DNA of 64,000 nt from assembly GCA_036172245.1 (NCBI GenBank), contig JAYWIR010000060.1, positions 124,001 through 188,000 on the forward strand, given 5' to 3'. Shown one piece after another: positions 60,801 through 64,000 of the stretch. The position numbers and the translations under genes are program-made. Under the pieces are notes generated by a model. That model searched no databases and had not been told where the DNA came from. It saw only the letters and a list, made by a program, of their open reading frames with translations. The stretch is from Raillietiella orientalis. Taxonomy: Eukaryota. Every line of letters starts with the position of its first letter. The stretch's first letter is position 1.

Positions 60801-63800
60801 ACGCGGCACCACCGTCGCTACTTCCGGCAGAGGGAGGTGGCACTGCCTGTGGGGAACGTGCGCACCGTCTCCTCGGAAGTCTCCGACGAGGTCCCAGCCC
60901 TCCGCGTAAGGATGGTTGTCGCACCCCCTGGGGCTACTCTTCGACCCCTTCCCGAGTGCCATCGGGTTCTCCTTGAGGACGGCAGCTGCTTGCAGGCCAC
61001 GGGTCGCCCTCCACCACTCTTGCTCTTCTTCCACGCTTCCCGCAAGGCGCGGCGGATCTTCCGCCCGCCGCTTCTTTCCGGTTGGACCGGGGCCTTCCGG
61101 CACGAAACTCTGGTCCCTCCGCTGATCCCTGGTCGGCTCCGGAAGCTGCGCATGCGCGGGCGCATCCGGGCCGCTTCCCGGCAAGGGAGAGGGAGGGGCC
61201 ACAGAACCAGCGAGGCGGAGCGGTCGGGAGGAGCGCTTCCGAGACCTTCGCTCGACCTCCGCGCCCTGGACTGGGGGCGGGAGCACACCCAGCAGCAAGA
61301 AGGGTGGCAGCCGCAAGGCATGGACGCCGCGCGTTCCAATATGGCTCTCTTGGATCGCCATTCAGGAGGGAGGGCCGTCCGCTGACCGGAGACGGTCCTT
61401 CCAGCCAGTGGGCTTGTCGGTCGACGACTCCTGCTGACTCCCAGGACTCGGAAGACGCTCCTCCGGGACGAGCGAGGCTGACCGACGGGTAAGGCCACCG
61501 TCGTCGCTCTGCTTCTTCTTCATCGGATGCTCCTATTGTTGCTCTTGCCGAGGTCCCTGGTGACCGCAAGCAGAGTCTCTCTGCTTGCCCACCTGAAGAG
61601 TTCCGCGGCCCTCGGGCTGCTCGAAGAGCCCCGGGACCCAGCCGGAAAGGCGCGCTCGGCCACGAAAATCCCGAATTTGCACGGGGCCATCGGGACGCCC
61701 CCCAGGGGGAGTGAGCGCAGTGAATTGGCGATCGCCTCCTTGGCAACCTGCGGTTCCGGAGTGCTGGTTGCGCGCGTGGACGACCGCGGAGTTTCTTTCC
61801 GGCTTCGCTCCCGAGCCAGAGGCGCGCGCGTTAAGGCCCAGAAGGGAAGGGGATGGATCTTTGGCGCCAGGTGCTGGAGGGGTTAGCGGACGCGGAGGTG
61901 CCCATCGAGGACATCCCCGACCTGCGAGGGCGGGGAGAATGCTCGGTTGCCTGCCTGGTTCCCGAGGAGCCGCCGCACAGGGGGAGACGCGGGAGGACCC
62001 AGAAACGGAGGACCGCTGCCCCCTGTCCTGTCCTACCTCGCTGTCGCCCGTTCTCTTTACGTCCAAGAATCGCGGGAGGAAAGGGCACGACCCGGGGCAA
62101 GCGAGAAAAAAAAAAGAAGCAGGAAAACGCCCGCCCGCACGCGCGTGCGATCCCTTCCAGCCCTGGGCAGCCGCGGCCGCCCCGCTGACGTCCGCCACTG
62201 AGAGGAGGCGGCTGCAACGGAGTTGCTTGAATCAGGACCTCCGCGAGTTCTTCTTCTTCCTCCTCCTCCCCCTCTCCCTCCGCTTCTCTCTCCTCCCGAT
62301 CGCGGACGAGTGAAATGGGAAGCCGCGCGCGCGCACAACCGGACCTGCACGCGCCCCGCGAAGGAGTGCCCGGGGAAACGGGACGATCACCCGGCGGGGC
62401 ACGAGATGCGACGGATGCCGGGAACGGGGAAAGTCAGCCCACTTCCTCTCCCCACGCCGCCGCGGCGACCAGCGCAGCCCGTACGCCAGGAGGAGGAAGA
62501 GGAGGAGGAGGCGCGCTTGCCCGAGGGAGACGACGACGACGACCCGTCCGCGATCCCGGGGTGGACATGGAGGCCGCCGGCACCGCGTGCTCCAGCGAGG
62601 TGCTCCTCGGCATCGTCAGCTTCAACTGTCTGGTGAGTTGCCTAGCGATCGTTCCCTTCCACGCGCGCCTTCCTTTCCGGGAAGAAGGGGAGGTGTGCAC
62701 CCCTACAGAGGCCGAGCACCCCGCGGGGGGGATGGAGGGTTGCTGTTGGCTCCCGTGGGCAGGGGAGCGCGGGAGGAGATAGGCACGCGGCTTCCAGGCG
62801 AGGCCGCCGGGCCTTTTTCCCCCAGGAAGGCGCCATCCAAAAGAGGGCGCTCCCAGGTGATGTACCCCACCCCCGGGGACGCACGCGCCTGACCGCCAGA
62901 GTGGTTTCCTGCAGTCAGAGTACGCTCGGTGCAGCGTACACCCATCCCACCCCCCTTCGCCTACGCACCTGGAAACCCGCGTCTCCCAAGCAGCTACACC
63001 GGCAAAGGCGAGCGCGTGCGGCACCTGACAGACGAATGGGGGATTGCCGGCGGACTGGCCCGGAGCCCGCGGCGGCGGAGGGTCTCCCACCACCCTGCGA
63101 CGAGGAGGAATGGGCCCACCCGCGCTGGAGACGCACCGGGAAAGAGGCACTGATGAGTGCGCGAGGAAGAGTCTCGCGCGCGGCTTCTGGAAGAGGACGC
63201 CTACGTCCTCCCTCCGGGTGACGCGGATACGCGCGTGCCGTTGCCTGGGACGGGTGGCACGCCGGGACGCGCGCGCGCGCGATAAACGCGCCTCCGCGCG
63301 AAAGACGCCCGCACACGACTCCGCACACGCTCTGCGCGAAACGTGTCTGTGTAACGCAGACAGCAAAGCACCGCGGTGGAACCTCCCCCTCCCCGACCCT
63401 TTTCACATACACCAACGAACGGGGGGTTCTCATCAACGTACACCTCCCCAAGCGAAGATGGAGGGGAAATGGGTCACCTCGAGAGCTATTCGGGGAAGTA
63501 GGTCACTGCTATAGCCCAGGCAGGATAGACACGGAGATTCACGTGGGTGTCCCCCCCCCCCCCTCTGCGGTTTAACCCAAAAACGGGCGGCGCAAACGGC
63601 GGGCGAGCCGGAAACAAAGGGGAGGTGGGCAGCCTTGCATGGAAGGCGAAGGGCCTCACAGCTGGCCCGCTGAAGTGTCCGGTTTCCCGGGCGACCGCTC
63701 GGATCGACGCGGAGGGTGCGCGCGGATTTCCCGGGGTGCGCCCCCTCCCCCTTCCCTTCCACATGGGTCCCTCAGGGGCTCTTCCGTTTGGCAAGGATGG

Positions 63801-64000
63801 CCCTAGAAAGAAACCGCTGCTCCTCTTTACCTGAAGACGCGCTCCCCTCCCCCCTCCTCCCCCGCAGACTCTCCGAGGAGCGTTCGATGCCGAACGAACC
63901 TCTCCCGACGAGATCTTCGAGGGGGAAAGAAGAAACCCTTCCATCTGGAAGCGAGGGGGAAGGCAGGGGGGAAGAGAATTAACTCCTTCCAGGAGCCGGG

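Noticed and set aside
63145..63190. CTGATGA followed by a hairpin as a hammerhead ribozyme
   Set aside because: The required GAAA after stem II is absent.
60400..64000. Long ORFs up to 310 aa in all frames
   Set aside because: GC-driven stop-codon scarcity; no family motif was recognised.

Overview
This is eukaryotic, intron-containing genomic DNA, probably from an arthropod. It is GC-rich with CpG retained, and most ORF-track entries are spurious. Two tandem minus-strand paralogues of AA15 lytic polysaccharide monooxygenase (LPMO; chitin-binding type-4 domain) can be rebuilt exon by exon. Gene A (1802->405, running off the window) has a signal peptide and His1, but the second histidine-brace His is replaced by Pro and two conserved aromatics are lost, although its frame and splice sites are intact. 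Gene B (16234->10053) has a canonical copper site, a Ser/Thr/Pro mucin-like linker built from tandem repeats and a C-terminal 6-Cys module that is out of frame because of a net 17-bp insertion. The rest of the window is repeat-rich: many mariner relics, two copies of an L1/Tx1-like LINE, an RTE-like fragment, a tRNA-headed SINE and a near-perfect 530-bp inverted duplication. A long, heavily decayed plus-strand region (~20.6-30.0 kb) and a second piece (~33.5-35.1 kb) show, in the right order, relics of bunyavirus-type L polymerase motifs and are candidate ancient endogenous viral elements. All homology calls are by-eye motif recognition; no searches were run.
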